Below, in pieces: positions 1 to 10,333 of a stretch of 64,000 nt of DNA (position 1 is its first letter; each line of letters starts with the position of its first letter). The stretch comes from Lachnospiraceae bacterium (GTDB taxonomy: Bacteria; Bacillota; Clostridia; Lachnospirales; Lachnospiraceae), in NCBI GenBank assembly GCA_030531165.1, contig JAUNOI010000002.1, positions 17,552 through 81,551 on the forward strand. Reading direction: 5' to 3'. Under the pieces are notes generated by a model. The model saw nothing but the letters and a program-made list of their open reading frames with translations. It was not told the DNA's origin and ran no database searches. A program made the position numbers and the translations under genes.

Positions 1-1
1 C

Positions 2-370
2 GCCTATTGTGAAGCAGAGTCACAAAAGCTACAGGAACTGGCCACTCTCGGAATAGAATGTATCCGGGTTCCTGCAAAATCCGGTCATATTGATCTGCAT
101 GAATTAATGAATGTTCTTGGATCGAAAAAAATCGACAGTATTTTATTAGAAGGCGGACAGATGTTAAATTATGCTGCATTAGATGCTGGAATCGTCCATT
201 ATGTATACAGCTATCTGGGTGCAAAGATTTTCGGCGGTTCCTCTGCTTTTACTCCGGTAGGCGGACAGGGAGTCGAGGCGCCAGACGATGCTTTCTTGAT
301 CAAAAATGCAAAAGTAACATCCTTTGATGGAGATTTTCTCATTGAAGGCCATATAGAAAGGACAACTTAA
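2..370 (+). CDS. ribD: Riboflavin biosynthesis deaminase/reductase RibD, C-terminal part (5'-truncated by window)
   Basis: Frame open from position 2; IDSILLEGG and YLGAKIFGG reductase-domain motifs; directly upstream of ribE. Confidence 0.9.
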   Translation, partial: AYCEAESQKLQELATLGIECIRVPAKSGHIDLHELMNVLGSKKIDSILLEGGQMLNYAALDAGIVHYVYSYLGAKIFGGSSAFTPVGGQGVEAPDDAFLIKNAKVTSFDGDFLIEGHIERTT

Positions 371-371
371 T

Positions 372-1010
372 ATGTTTACAGGAATTGTAGAGGAAATCGG
401 CACGATCAAAGCTCGCAAACTGGGCGGTCTTGAAGTTTGTGCAAAAAAGGTGCTGGAAGATGTGCATCTTGGTGACAGCATTGCGGTAAACGGCGTATGC
501 CTGACTGTTACTTCTTTTACAGGAAGTTCTTTTGTTGTCGACGTTATGCCTGAGACATTTCGCAGAAGCAGTTTAGGCGAATTAAGTATTGGCAGTAAGG
601 TCAATTTAGAACGTGCCATGGCTGCAAACGGACGTTTTGGAGGACATATTGTTGCCGGTCACATTGACGACACCGGAACAGTCTCTTCCATAAAGAAAGA
701 AGAAAATGCCGTTTGGATCACCATAGCAACACCGTCCAACCTTTTAAAATACATGATTGAAAAAGGTTCCATTACCATCGACGGAGTCAGCTTAACTATA
801 GCTGCAGTCACAGATTATGATTTTTCTGTATCGATTATTCCGCATACCGGAAAAGAAACCATACTGCTTGACAAAAAAACCGGTCAGAAAGTCAATCTTG
901 AATGTGATATGGTTGGAAAATATGTAGAAAAATTACTTTCCTTTCAAGAAGCGGAATCAAAACCAGAAAGCAAGATTACAATGGAATTTTTAGCCCAACA
1001 CGGGTTTTAA
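372..1010 (+). CDS. ribE: Riboflavin synthase (alpha chain)
   Basis: MFTGIVEE N-terminus; [13 protein letters not shown]; two lumazine-binding repeats. Confidence 0.97.
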   Translation: MFTGIVEEIGTIKARKLGGLEVCAKKVLEDVHLGDSIAVNGVCLTVTSFTGSSFVVDVMPETFRRSSLGELSIGSKVNLERAMAANGRFGGHIVAGHIDDTGTVSSIKKEENAVWITIATPSNLLKYMIEKGSITIDGVSLTIAAVTDYDFSVSIIPHTGKETILLDKKTGQKVNLECDMVGKYVEKLLSFQEAESKPESKITMEFLAQHGF

Positions 1011-1021
1011 GGAGGAACAAT

Positions 1022-2218
1022 ATGGATTACCAATACGATACGATCAAAAAAGCTCTTGAGGATCTTCGAGCAGGAAAGATCATACTTGTTACCGATGATC
1101 CTGAGCGTGAAAACGAAGGAGACATGATCTGCGCTGCAGAGTTTGCAACGCAGGAAAATATTAATTTTATGGCAACCTATGCAAAAGGACTGATCTGTAC
1201 CCCTATGAGCGACAACCTTGCCCACAAGCTCGGTCTTCCGCAGATGGTATCAGAAAACACGGACAATCACAGCACCGCATTTACGGTATCTATCGACCAT
1301 ATCGATACAACAACCGGTATTTCTGCAGCGGAACGCGCTTATTCCATTCAAAAATGCACGGATGACGCAACAAAGATCACCGATTTTCGCCGTCCCGGTC
1401 ATGTATTCCCTCTCGTTGCAAGAGAGGGCGGCGTTCTAAAAAGAGAAGGGCATACGGAAGCAACGGTTGACCTAATGCGTCTCGCCGGTTTGAAAGAATG
1501 CGGTGTATGCTGTGAAATCATGGAAGCAGACGGCACAATGATGCGGACACCAAATCTCTGGAAACTCGCAAAGGAATTTGGACTGACCTTTATCACGATC
1601 AAAGATCTGCAGGATTACCGCCGCCAATATGAAAAACTGGTTTCCCGCGAGGCAAAAGCAAAAATGCCTACCAAATACGGTGAATTTGATATATACGGCT
1701 ATGTTAACCAGGTCAACGGAGAACACCATGTCGCTTTAGTAAAAGGGAATATCGGGAACGGCGAACCTGTTTTATGCCGCGTTCACTCAGAATGTCTAAC
1801 TGGAGATGTACTAGGTTCCATGCGATGTGACTGCGGTGAACAGTTAGAAGCAGCCCTGAAAGCCATTGAAGCAGAAGGCAGGGGCGTCTTGCTTTATATG
1901 CGGCAGGAAGGACGCGGCATCGGATTGATCAACAAATTAAAAGCCTATGAATTACAGGAGCAGGGTTATGACACTGTCGATGCGAATCTAAAATTAGGCT
2001 TTCCGGAAGATTTAAGAGAATATTGGACAGGGGCACAGATTTTAGCGGATCTTGGAATCAAAAAACTCCGCCTGCTGACCAATAACCCGGAAAAAATTTA
2101 CGGTCTCGGCGAGTTCGGCATGGAAATTGTAGAACGCGTTCCAATCGTTATGAAAGCAAACAAAATTGATGCCTTTTATTTACGTACAAAATCAGAACGT
2201 ATGGGACATTTGTATTAA
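1022..2218 (+). CDS. ribBA: Bifunctional DHBP synthase / GTP cyclohydrolase II
   Basis: [40 protein letters not shown] motifs; AAGGAGG SD. Confidence 0.97.
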   Translation: MDYQYDTIKKALEDLRAGKIILVTDDPERENEGDMICAAEFATQENINFMATYAKGLICTPMSDNLAHKLGLPQMVSENTDNHSTAFTVSIDHIDTTTGISAAERAYSIQKCTDDATKITDFRRPGHVFPLVAREGGVLKREGHTEATVDLMRLAGLKECGVCCEIMEADGTMMRTPNLWKLAKEFGLTFITIKDLQDYRRQYEKLVSREAKAKMPTKYGEFDIYGYVNQVNGEHHVALVKGNIGNGEPVLCRVHSECLTGDVLGSMRCDCGEQLEAALKAIEAEGRGVLLYMRQEGRGIGLINKLKAYELQEQGYDTVDANLKLGFPEDLREYWTGAQILADLGIKKLRLLTNNPEKIYGLGEFGMEIVERVPIVMKANKIDAFYLRTKSERMGHLY

Positions 2219-2277
2219 CGTTTTATTGGTTTCTGACTTAATTTATAAAAATATTTATTACGAAAGGAAATTATATC

Positions 2278-2739
2278 ATGAAAATTTTAGAAGGAAAATT
2301 AGTCGCTGATGGAGTAAAAATTGGAATTGTAGCATCCAGATTTAATGAATTTATCGTATCAAAATTGGTTTCCGGCTGCCTGGACGGTTTACTCCGTCAC
2401 AATGTTAATGATGATGATATTACATTAGCATGGGTTCCAGGTGCATTTGAAATTCCTCTTGCCGCATCGAAAATGGCAGAATCCGGAAAATATGACGCAG
2501 TCATCTGTCTTGGAACAGTAATTCGCGGTTCTACTTCTCACTACGATTATGTGTGCAACGAAGTCTCCAAAGGCATCGCTACTGTCGGTTTAAAAACAGG
2601 TATTCCTGTATTATTCGGTGTCGTTACAACAGAAAATATTGAACAGGCTATTGAGCGTTCCGGTACAAAAGCAGGAAACAAGGGTTACGACTGTGCATTA
2701 AGCGCAATTGAAATGATCAATTTAAACAAACAATTTTAA
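2278..2739 (+). CDS. ribH: 6,7-dimethyl-8-ribityllumazine synthase
   Basis: [23 protein letters not shown] motifs. Confidence 0.97.
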   Translation: MKILEGKLVADGVKIGIVASRFNEFIVSKLVSGCLDGLLRHNVNDDDITLAWVPGAFEIPLAASKMAESGKYDAVICLGTVIRGSTSHYDYVCNEVSKGIATVGLKTGIPVLFGVVTTENIEQAIERSGTKAGNKGYDCALSAIEMINLNKQF

Positions 2740-2740
2740 T

Positions 2741-3379
2741 ATGAATCAATTATTATTACCCAACATGAAATACGCGATCCTCGACTTGGATGGAACGATT
2801 TTAGATTCTATGGAGGCCTGGAAAAATGTCACACGTGATTACCTCGCTTCCTTAGGAATCACTGCAGATCCTGATATTAGAGAACAGGTAAAACGCCGGA
2901 CCTCCAGAGAAACAGCCGTTTATCTCCAGCAGAAATACGGCGTCCGGAAACCGGAAGACGAGATTATCGACGGAATCCACAATGTCATCAAACAAAAATA
3001 TGAACTTTCGATTCCCTTAAAACCTGCCGGGGCACAAATCCTGCGTCATTTAAAGGAACGGAAGATCCCATTTTGTGCTGCCACTTCTACTGACCGTCCA
3101 ATGGTTGAGGCAGCTTTAAAAAGGCTAAATATTTATAATGATTTTTCTTTTATTCTGACTTGTTCAGAAGTTGGAAAGGGAAAATATTATCCTGATATCT
3201 TCTATCAATCCATGGAACTCCTGGGCGGACAATTAGAAAATACCGTTGTATTTGAGGATGCTCTTCACTGTGTTCAAACGGCAAAAAATGCAGGATTTAC
3301 AGTCGTCGGCGTTTACGAAGAAGTCGACCGCCAGGATTGGAATCAAATATGCGCATTATGTGATGATATTATGATATAG
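2741..3379 (+). CDS. HAD-family phosphatase (start may be Met at 2765)
   Basis: DLDGT motif I, ATST, K..PD, VFEDA motifs; 1 nt after ribH stop. Confidence 0.85.
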   Translation: MNQLLLPNMKYAILDLDGTILDSMEAWKNVTRDYLASLGITADPDIREQVKRRTSRETAVYLQQKYGVRKPEDEIIDGIHNVIKQKYELSIPLKPAGAQILRHLKERKIPFCAATSTDRPMVEAALKRLNIYNDFSFILTCSEVGKGKYYPDIFYQSMELLGGQLENTVVFEDALHCVQTAKNAGFTVVGVYEEVDRQDWNQICALCDDIMI

Positions 3380-3427
3380 AAAAAGATCTTCTTATCTCTG
3401 CCTTGCAGATGTAAGAAGATCTTTTTT
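3380..3427. terminator. Bidirectional intrinsic terminator between the rib operon and the ABC operon
   Basis: AAAAGATCTTCTTA...TAAGAAGATCTTTT inverted repeat with A/T tracts, between convergent genes. Confidence 0.85.
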
Positions 3428-3455
3428 CGAGCCGAACTTATCCACTTCGTTTTAA

Positions 3456-4250
3456 TTAGCTAAGCATCATTCGGTCATTTGCAAATTCATTTCCGCTTGC
3501 CTGTTCAAACTTTTCAAGAAGATCGGACACATGAAGTTTCTTTTTCTCTTCTCCGGCCACATCATAAATAATATGTCCTTCATACATCATGATCAAACGG
3601 TTTCCATGAGCAATTGCATCCCGCATATTATGCGTGATCATCAATGTTGTCAGCTGATCTTTTGCCACAAATTTATCTGTTGTTTCTAGAACTTTTGCTG
3701 CTGTCTTTGGATCCAGCGCCGCAGTATGTTCATCCAGCAACAGTAATTTCGGCTTTTTCAAAGTAGCCATAAGCAACGTCAAGGCCTGTCTCTGTCCACC
3801 GGACAACAGTCCTACTTTTGATGTCATTCGATCCTCGAGTCCAAGATCAAGCGTCTTCAATAACTCTCTGTATTTCTCGCGTTCTTTTTTCGTAATTCTT
3901 GTCCGCAGGAAACGTGTCTGTCCCCGTCTTGCCGCAAGTGCGAGGTTTTCTTCAATCTCCATGCTCGCCGCAGTTCCCGTCATCGGATCCTGGAATACGC
4001 GTCCGAGATATTTGGCACGTCTGAATTCCGGCATGTTCGTAAGATCAACACCGTCAATCAAAATCTTACCCGTATCGATCGGCCACAGCCCTGCTACTGC
4101 ATTTAACATCGTAGACTTACCGGCACCATTTCCACCGATAACTGTACAGAAATCTCCTGGATTTAAATGTAAATTTAAGCCATTTAATGCTACTTTTTCG
4201 TTGACAGTACCTGCATTAAATGTTTTACTGATATTCTCTAATTTAAGCAT
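3456..4250 (-). CDS. ABC transporter ATP-binding protein (COG1101 type)
   Basis: GGNGAGKST Walker A, LSGGQ, LLLLDEHTAALDP; AAAGGAGG SD before the ATG at 4250. Confidence 0.92.
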   Translation of the reverse strand: MLKLENISKTFNAGTVNEKVALNGLNLHLNPGDFCTVIGGNGAGKSTMLNAVAGLWPIDTGKILIDGVDLTNMPEFRRAKYLGRVFQDPMTGTAASMEIEENLALAARRGQTRFLRTRITKKEREKYRELLKTLDLGLEDRMTSKVGLLSGGQRQALTLLMATLKKPKLLLLDEHTAALDPKTAAKVLETTDKFVAKDQLTTLMITHNMRDAIAHGNRLIMMYEGHIIYDVAGEEKKKLHVSDLLEKFEQASGNEFANDRMMLS

Positions 4251-5172
4251 TTGCTGCACCTCCTTTTTTCTTTGGCTTTGAAAAATGCTGCTGCTTTAAA
4301 TGTGGAATCGCAAGGAAGATTGCCACAACGATTGCAGAAAGCAATTTTAAATCATTAGAATTCAATCCAAGCCAAAGTACAACCTGAAGTACCAAATAGT
4401 AAATGATTGCTCCAAGCGCTACAGAGAGCATGCGGAAAGCCATATTCTCACTGATTCTGCCAAATACAACCTGTCCGATGATTACTGCCGCCAATCCAAT
4501 GACGATCGCACCACGACCTGCATTGACATCGGCAAATCCCTGATACTGTGCATACAAACCGCTGGCAAATGCAACGATTCCGTTTGAGATCATTAACCCT
4601 AATACTTTATTAAAATCTGTATTAATTCCCTGTGCACGTGCCATATTTTCATTACTTCCGGTTGCACGGATCGCAGAACCCAGCTCCGTGCCAAAGAACC
4701 AGTAGAGTATCGCAATCAAAATCACAATAAGAACTGCTACTACAAAAATGGTATTTTTTGTAAAAGCTACGTCTTTGATATAACGAAGAGAAACTAATAA
4801 ATCATATTTGTCTACACTGATTGCCTGATTTGCCTTTCCATCCATAATACGAAGATTAATCGAATATAATCCAAGCTGAGTCAAAATACCTGCTAAAATT
4901 GCCGGTATTCCCAACGTTGTATGCAATACTCCGGTTGCAAACCCCGCAATCAATCCGGCACAAAATGCCACTAATAAAGAAATTCCAACCCCGTGTCCAC
5001 TCGTCATCATCATAATGCAGACTGCTCCTCCGGTACACATCGTTCCATCGACAGTCAAATCTGCAAGATCAAGAATTTTATATGTAATATATACGCCAAT
5101 TGCCATAATGCCCCAGATCAATCCCTGTGCACATGCACCCGGAAGAGCATTAAAGAGTAATACTATATTCAT
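4243..5172 (-). CDS. ABC transporter permease (COG4120 type)
   Basis: Multi-TM; DLTVDG, LYSINLRIM, IRATG.NENMARAQG motifs. Confidence 0.9.
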   Translation of the reverse strand: MNIVLLFNALPGACAQGLIWGIMAIGVYITYKILDLADLTVDGTMCTGGAVCIMMMTSGHGVGISLLVAFCAGLIAGFATGVLHTTLGIPAILAGILTQLGLYSINLRIMDGKANQAISVDKYDLLVSLRYIKDVAFTKNTIFVVAVLIVILIAILYWFFGTELGSAIRATGSNENMARAQGINTDFNKVLGLMISNGIVAFASGLYAQYQGFADVNAGRGAIVIGLAAVIIGQVVFGRISENMAFRMLSVALGAIIYYLVLQVVLWLGLNSNDLKLLSAIVVAIFLAIPHLKQQHFSKPKKKGGAANA

Positions 5173-5210
5173 CTGACTTCCTCCTTATTTATCTCTGATA
5201 TAACTTTTGA

Positions 5211-5311
5211 AAACAGCCCCCGGATTATCGTAATATTCACACGAAACCACGAGGGCTGTTATTCTTGTATTTATTCGGAGTCCAAAGCGAACAAGTCCGC
5301 TTCGAGCTTCC
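5211..5311 (-). other. Two intercistronic stem-loops after the substrate-binding gene (likely mRNA stabiliser or partial terminator)
   Basis: AACAGCCC...GGGCTGTT and AAGCG...CGCTT inverted repeats. Confidence 0.5.
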
Positions 5312-5328
5312 TATTCAATAAAATCATT

Positions 5329-6309
5329 TTATTCTGATTCTGTTTCAATCGCTTCATATCCATCTGGTGGTGTAATCTTTAATTCATCACAAAGATCTTT
5401 ATTGTATTTCTTTGTTACCTTTGGAGCAAATTCAACTGCCATCTCTTTGATATCTTTTCCTTCTTCAAGAATTTCGTAAGCCATCTCACCTGTCTTGTAT
5501 CCAAGATCATAGTAGTTGATTGACAATGTCGCAACACCACATCCTGCACAGATTCCTTCTTCACCTGCAATTACAGGAACTTTTTCCGGTTTACAGATAT
5601 TGTTGATAACTTCTGTATTCGCTGCTGCTGTATTGTCAGTAGGAATATAGATAACATCGCTCTTAGATGCTGCAGATGTTGTTACAGAACCAACATCGTT
5701 AGAATCTGCAAATGCGAATTTTGTACATTTGTATCCCATATCTTTTAAGTAACCTTCGATCGTATTTACCTGATACTCAGAGTTTGGCTCTGCAGAACAG
5801 TATAACAAACCAACATTTTTTGCATCCGGGAACATTTCCTGTAACATCTTTGCCTGATCTTCTAATGGAGCAAGATCAGATGTACCTGAAATATTCTTTC
5901 CAACTGTACCGGACCAATCTTCAATCTCAAGTGCTGTAGCATAGTCTGTTACAGATGTTCCAAGAATCGGAATCTCATCTGTTGCTGCTGCAGCTGCCTG
6001 AAGAGGTGCTGTTGCATTCGCTAAGATCAAATCGTCTCCATCAGATACGAACTGATTAACGATCGTAGAACAGTTTGCTGAATCTCCTGATGCATTCTGC
6101 TCATCGAATTTTACTCTGTCTTCACCGAGTTTTTCCGTTAAAGCTTCTTTAAAGCCTTTAGTTGCTGCATCTAACGCCTCATGCTGTACTAACTGGCAGA
6201 TACCGATATTATAAACCTTTTCTTCTTCAGAAGCAGATCCGCCGCCACATGCTGCCAATGATAATGCCATGACTGCTGTTAACAGTATTGCTGTAAGTTT
6301 CTTTTTCAT
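5329..6309 (-). CDS. ABC transporter substrate-binding lipoprotein (COG2984, aromatic amino-acid/TrpX-like family)
   Basis: Lipobox LAAC; QLVQHEALD, SGTSD, PTDN motifs. Confidence 0.88.
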   Translation of the reverse strand: MKKKLTAILLTAVMALSLAACGGGSASEEEKVYNIGICQLVQHEALDAATKGFKEALTEKLGEDRVKFDEQNASGDSANCSTIVNQFVSDGDDLILANATAPLQAAAAATDEIPILGTSVTDYATALEIEDWSGTVGKNISGTSDLAPLEDQAKMLQEMFPDAKNVGLLYCSAEPNSEYQVNTIEGYLKDMGYKCTKFAFADSNDVGSVTTSAASKSDVIYIPTDNTAAANTEVINNICKPEKVPVIAGEEGICAGCGVATLSINYYDLGYKTGEMAYEILEEGKDIKEMAVEFAPKVTKKYNKDLCDELKITPPDGYEAIETESE

Positions 6310-6365
6310 AATGATTTTCTCCTCTCCTTTTGTTCCTTTATAATCATCATTGCTTGACTGTACAC

Positions 6366-6394
6366 ATTATAACTTTAACGCGTTAAATTGTCAA
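6366..6394 (-). promoter_or_regulatory. Consensus sigma-A promoter with a palindromic operator in the spacer
   Basis: TTGACA-17-TATAAT; TTTAACGCGTTAAA perfect palindrome at 6374-6387. Confidence 0.85.
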
Positions 6395-6444
6395 TGTTAA
6401 AAGTACAAAAAAATGAATAAATTTATCCAGATAATTTTCTATTC

Positions 6445-6480
6445 AAAAAAAAGAGACCTACTCATCGTAAGTCTCTTTTA
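6445..6480 (-). terminator. Intrinsic terminator after ispH-rpsA
   Basis: AAAGAGAC...GTCTCTTT stem followed by a U-tract on the minus strand. Confidence 0.75.
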
Positions 6481-6492
6481 AAGTATTCCGAA

Positions 6493-8388
6493 TTAGTCTT
6501 CTTTTTTTGCATGATCAATCGCTTTAATACTCAAGCTGATCTTTCTATCGTCTTTCTTGAAGTCAACAACTTTTGCTGTAATCTCCTGTCCAACGGATAA
6601 TACATCAGATGGTTTCTCGATGTGTTCCTTTGCAATCTGAGAAACATGTAATAAAGCATCCATACCTGGTTCTAATTCAATAAATGCACCGAAGTCTGTC
6701 ATTCTTGCAACTTTACCAGTTACAACATTACCTACTGCATATTTTTCTTCAGCAGTTAACCAAGGATTTTCTTCAGGGAATTTTAAGCTGAGAGCAATCT
6801 TCTCACCCTGGATGTCTTTGATCAATACCGTAACTTCCTGTCCAACCTTGAATAATTTACGAGGGTTATCTACACGACCCCATGACATCTCAGAGATATG
6901 TAATAAACCATCTGCTCCACCTAAATCAATAAACGCACCAAAGTCTGTAACATTCTTAACGGTACCATTCACTTTCATGCCTGCTTCAATTCTGGCAAAT
7001 AGTTCTTTTTGTTTTTCTAATTTAGCGGCAACTAATAACTGCTTTCTATCACCGATAATTCTTCTCTTACGAGGATTGAATTCACTGATTACAAACTGAA
7101 TTTCCTGACCTGCATACTTCTTTAAGTCTCTTTCATATGTGTCCGAAACCAGACTTGCAGGGATAAATACTCTTGCCTCTTCAACAACAACACTTAAACC
7201 GCCGTCCAAAACCTGGGCAACAGTTGCTGTTAATACTTCTTTATTGTTGTAAGCTTCTTCTAATCTCTTATTACCACGTTCAGCTGCTAATCGTTTATAT
7301 GTTAAAAGCACCTGGCCTTCTCCATCGTTAACTTTTAATACTTTCGCTTCCATAGTTTCTCCAACGCTTACTTTTGTTGTAAGATCTACGTTAGATTCAT
7401 TAGAGTATTCGTTACGGGAAATAATACCATCTGCCTTGTATCCGATATTCAAGATGATCTCATCTTCTTTAACGTCGATTACTGTACCTTCTACTACCTC
7501 TCCATTATGAATTGTAACTAAGCTTTCTTCTAATAACTGCTCAAAAGTCTTTTCTGTCATGCGAACATGAACCTCCTTGATAATTTTCTTTGGGGTAGAT
7601 GCCCCCGCTGTAATGCCAACACTTTCTACAGTATCAATTTTCTCCAGATCCAAATCCTGCAACGTTTGAATAAATAATGTATTTGGACATTCTTTTTTAC
7701 TGATTTCATATAATTTTTGCGTGTTAGAGCTATGTCTCCCGCCAATAACGATCATCGCATCCACGTTTGATGCAATCTCACGAGCCTCTAACTGACGCTC
7801 CTCTGTCGCATTACAGATTGTGTTAAAAACACTTATATCATAACCTTTTTTGGAGATAATTTCAACCAATTCTTTAAATTTCTTGTAATTAAATGTCGTT
7901 TGTGATACAATGCTTAATTTTTTGTCACGATATTTTTCTAAACATTCCAGATCATCTGATCGTTCGATAATGACCGGCTCAAAATGACACCAGCCTCTGA
8001 TTCCCTGTACTTCCGGGTGATTACCGTTCCCGATAATGACAACCTGATTGCCTTTTTCGCTTTCCTCCGCAACAATTTTATGAATTTTTCGAACAAACGG
8101 ACATGTTGCATCAACCAGTTCAAGCTCTTTATTTTCTATCAGATCATAAATCCTTTTTTCCACCCCATGGGAACGGATAATGACTGTTCCCTTCTCCAGA
8201 TGATTCAGATCTTCTTCCGTATCCAGGCAAAAAATGCCGTGCTTCTCAAGATCAGATACAACTTCTTCATTATGTATAATAGGACCGAATGTATATACAT
8301 TCTTCTTGCCTGCCTGATCATAGGCCATATTGACCGCACGTTGTACACCAAAACAAAATCCGGCTGTCTTTGCCAAAATCACTTCCAT
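6493..8388 (-). CDS. ispH-rpsA: Bifunctional 4-hydroxy-3-methylbut-2-enyl diphosphate reductase IspH / ribosomal protein S1 fusion
   Basis: GFCFGV, DATCPFV, NTICNAT, HSSNT, TAGASTP (IspH) followed by four S1 repeats (e.g. DFGAFIDLGGADGLLHISE). Confidence 0.95.
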   Translation of the reverse strand: MEVILAKTAGFCFGVQRAVNMAYDQAGKKNVYTFGPIIHNEEVVSDLEKHGIFCLDTEEDLNHLEKGTVIIRSHGVEKRIYDLIENKELELVDATCPFVRKIHKIVAEESEKGNQVVIIGNGNHPEVQGIRGWCHFEPVIIERSDDLECLEKYRDKKLSIVSQTTFNYKKFKELVEIISKKGYDISVFNTICNATEERQLEAREIASNVDAMIVIGGRHSSNTQKLYEISKKECPNTLFIQTLQDLDLEKIDTVESVGITAGASTPKKIIKEVHVRMTEKTFEQLLEESLVTIHNGEVVEGTVIDVKEDEIILNIGYKADGIISRNEYSNESNVDLTTKVSVGETMEAKVLKVNDGEGQVLLTYKRLAAERGNKRLEEAYNNKEVLTATVAQVLDGGLSVVVEEARVFIPASLVSDTYERDLKKYAGQEIQFVISEFNPRKRRIIGDRKQLLVAAKLEKQKELFARIEAGMKVNGTVKNVTDFGAFIDLGGADGLLHISEMSWGRVDNPRKLFKVGQEVTVLIKDIQGEKIALSLKFPEENPWLTAEEKYAVGNVVTGKVARMTDFGAFIELEPGMDALLHVSQIAKEHIEKPSDVLSVGQEITAKVVDFKKDDRKISLSIKAIDHAKKED

Positions 8389-8397
8389 ATCAATCTC

Positions 8398-9066
8398 CTA
8401 TTTCCCACATTTTTTATAAAATTCTTCTTTAATTGCATCTACCACTTCATCAATCGTCATATCAGAGGAATCTACCAATACTGCATCTTCTGCCTGTTTT
8501 AACGGTGCAATTTCCCGATTCATATCCTGTTGATCGCGGATAATGATATCTTTTTCAATCGTAGCCAGATCGCACACCTCTCCCTTTGCAGTCAATTCAT
8601 CGTATCGGCGTTTCGCACGCACTGCCGAAGAAGCGGTCAAATAAATTTTCAAATCCGCATTTGGCAATACATTTGTTCCTATATCGCGTCCATCCATAAG
8701 AATATCCGCCGTCTTTGTCATATTGCGCTGAAGATCAAGCAATGCCGCACGCACTGCCGGGATCGAAGATGTTTTGGAAGCCATATTTCCTACTTCTTCA
8801 TTGCGAATGAATCCATTGACATTTTCTCCATTTAATAATACCTGCTGTTCTCCATCCTGATATTCGATCGTCACATGAATCTTTGGACATTCTGCTTCAA
8901 TTTCCGCAACATTAGCAGGATCTGTTCCTTTTCTTAAAAAATAAAGTGCAATTGCCCGATACATTGCCCCTGTATCAACATACACAAATGATAATTCTTT
9001 TGCAATTCTTTTTGCAATCGTGCTTTTGCCTGCCCCTGCAGGTCCGTCAATCGCAATGCTATACAT
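8398..9066 (-). CDS. cmk: Cytidylate kinase
   Basis: IAIDGPAGAGKST, DTGAMYR, DGRDIGT; start reassigned to MYSIAID with GAGGAGG SD. Confidence 0.95.
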   Translation of the reverse strand: MYSIAIDGPAGAGKSTIAKRIAKELSFVYVDTGAMYRAIALYFLRKGTDPANVAEIEAECPKIHVTIEYQDGEQQVLLNGENVNGFIRNEEVGNMASKTSSIPAVRAALLDLQRNMTKTADILMDGRDIGTNVLPNADLKIYLTASSAVRAKRRYDELTAKGEVCDLATIEKDIIIRDQQDMNREIAPLKQAEDAVLVDSSDMTIDEVVDAIKEEFYKKCGK

Positions 9067-10333
9067 AATTTTTTTCCTCCTCGATATCTGATACACAACC
9101 AACGCCTGCCGCATAACCGGTTGACCATGCGATCTGTAAATTAAATCCTCCTGTAACAGCATCCAAATCAAGCACCTCTCCGGCAAAATAAAGCCGCTTT
9201 ACAATTTTGGACTCCATGGTACCCGGATCAATCTCTTTGACTTTAATTCCGCCTCGGGTGATGATCGCTTCATCAAATCCCCGTAATCCGGCTGTTGTAA
9301 TCGTAAATTTTTTTATCGCTGTTAATAATTTTTTTCTTTCCTCTTTTGTAATAATATTGACCTTTTTCTCCGGATTCATTCCACTTAATTCAATGATAAC
9401 CGGAATCATTTTTTTCGGAAGCAACTCACCGAGCGCATTTTTTAATTGCTTATTCTGATATTTTTCAAAATCCCGTAAAATGCGACGGTCCAGCTGTTCT
9501 TCACTCAGCGCCGGTTTCAGATCAATGCTGACCTTGCAGGGATGTGTTTCAATCTGATCACCAACATATGCACTGGCACTGATCACAGTCGGGCCACTGA
9601 TTCCAAAATGAGTGAATAATAATTCTCCAAAATCCTCGTATATCTTCTTTTCACTGCTTCCATTATAAATTGTCAATTTGCAATTGCGTAAAGATAATCC
9701 CTGCAGCTTCCTGCACAGATCTTCTTCTATCTCAAATGGCACCAGTGAAGTCTTCGCCTCTTTCACACTATGTCCTGCTTCCTTGGCAAAACGATATCCA
9801 TCACCGGTCGAACCTGTCGATGGATAAGAAACTCCGCCTGTTGCAACAATGACTGCATCAGCAAAATATTTCTTGCCATCGCAGAAAACTCCGACTGCCC
9901 GTCCATCTTCCATAATGAGTTCCGATATCCTTGCATTCAACAAAACTCTGACGCCCAGACGTCTCATCTCTCTACTTAAAGCCCGAATGACATCCGAAGA
10001 CTTATCAGAAATTGGAAACACCCGGTTGCCACGCTCAATCTTTAATGGGCAACCCGTATTTTCAAAAAAATCCATCGTCTGCTCATTAGTAAATGTATAA
10101 AAAGAACTATACATAAAATTCTTATTCGAAACCATATGCGAAAGCAGCTCCTCAATATCACAGGCATTCGTCACATTGCATCTGCCTTTTCCTGTAATAT
10201 AAATTTTCTTCCCAAGCTTTTCATTTTTCTCAAACAACAGAACAGCAGCTCCTCGTCTGGCAGCCTGAATGGCGGCCATCATTCCTGCAGCTCCTCCGCC
10301 GACAACGATGATCTTACAAGAGTTTTTTGTCAT
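9059..10333 (-). CDS. HI0933/YhiN(BaiN)-family NAD(P)/FAD-dependent oxidoreductase
   Basis: GGGAAG, TGKGRCNVTN, LFTHFGISGP, GEVLD..TGGFNLQ motifs. Confidence 0.9.
   Translation of the reverse strand: MTKNSCKIIVVGGGAAGMMAAIQAARRGAAVLLFEKNEKLGKKIYITGKGRCNVTNACDIEELLSHMVSNKNFMYSSFYTFTNEQTMDFFENTGCPLKIERGNRVFPISDKSSDVIRALSREMRRLGVRVLLNARISELIMEDGRAVGVFCDGKKYFADAVIVATGGVSYPSTGSTGDGYRFAKEAGHSVKEAKTSLVPFEIEEDLCRKLQGLSLRNCKLTIYNGSSEKKIYEDFGELLFTHFGISGPTVISASAYVGDQIETHPCKVSIDLKPALSEEQLDRRILRDFEKYQNKQLKNALGELLPKKMIPVIIELSGMNPEKKVNIITKEERKKLLTAIKKFTITTAGLRGFDEAIITRGGIKVKEIDPGTMESKIVKRLYFAGEVLDLDAVTGGFNLQIAWSTGYAAGVGCVSDIEEEKNYV

Noticed and set aside
1-106. FMN riboswitch for the rib operon
   Set aside because: It would lie upstream of ribD, outside the window
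8398-9186. Long N-terminal extensions in the ORF track (cmk, also ftsZ, sigG, glnA, mraY, mraZ, yihY)
   Set aside because: Downstream starts have better SD sites and match family N-termini
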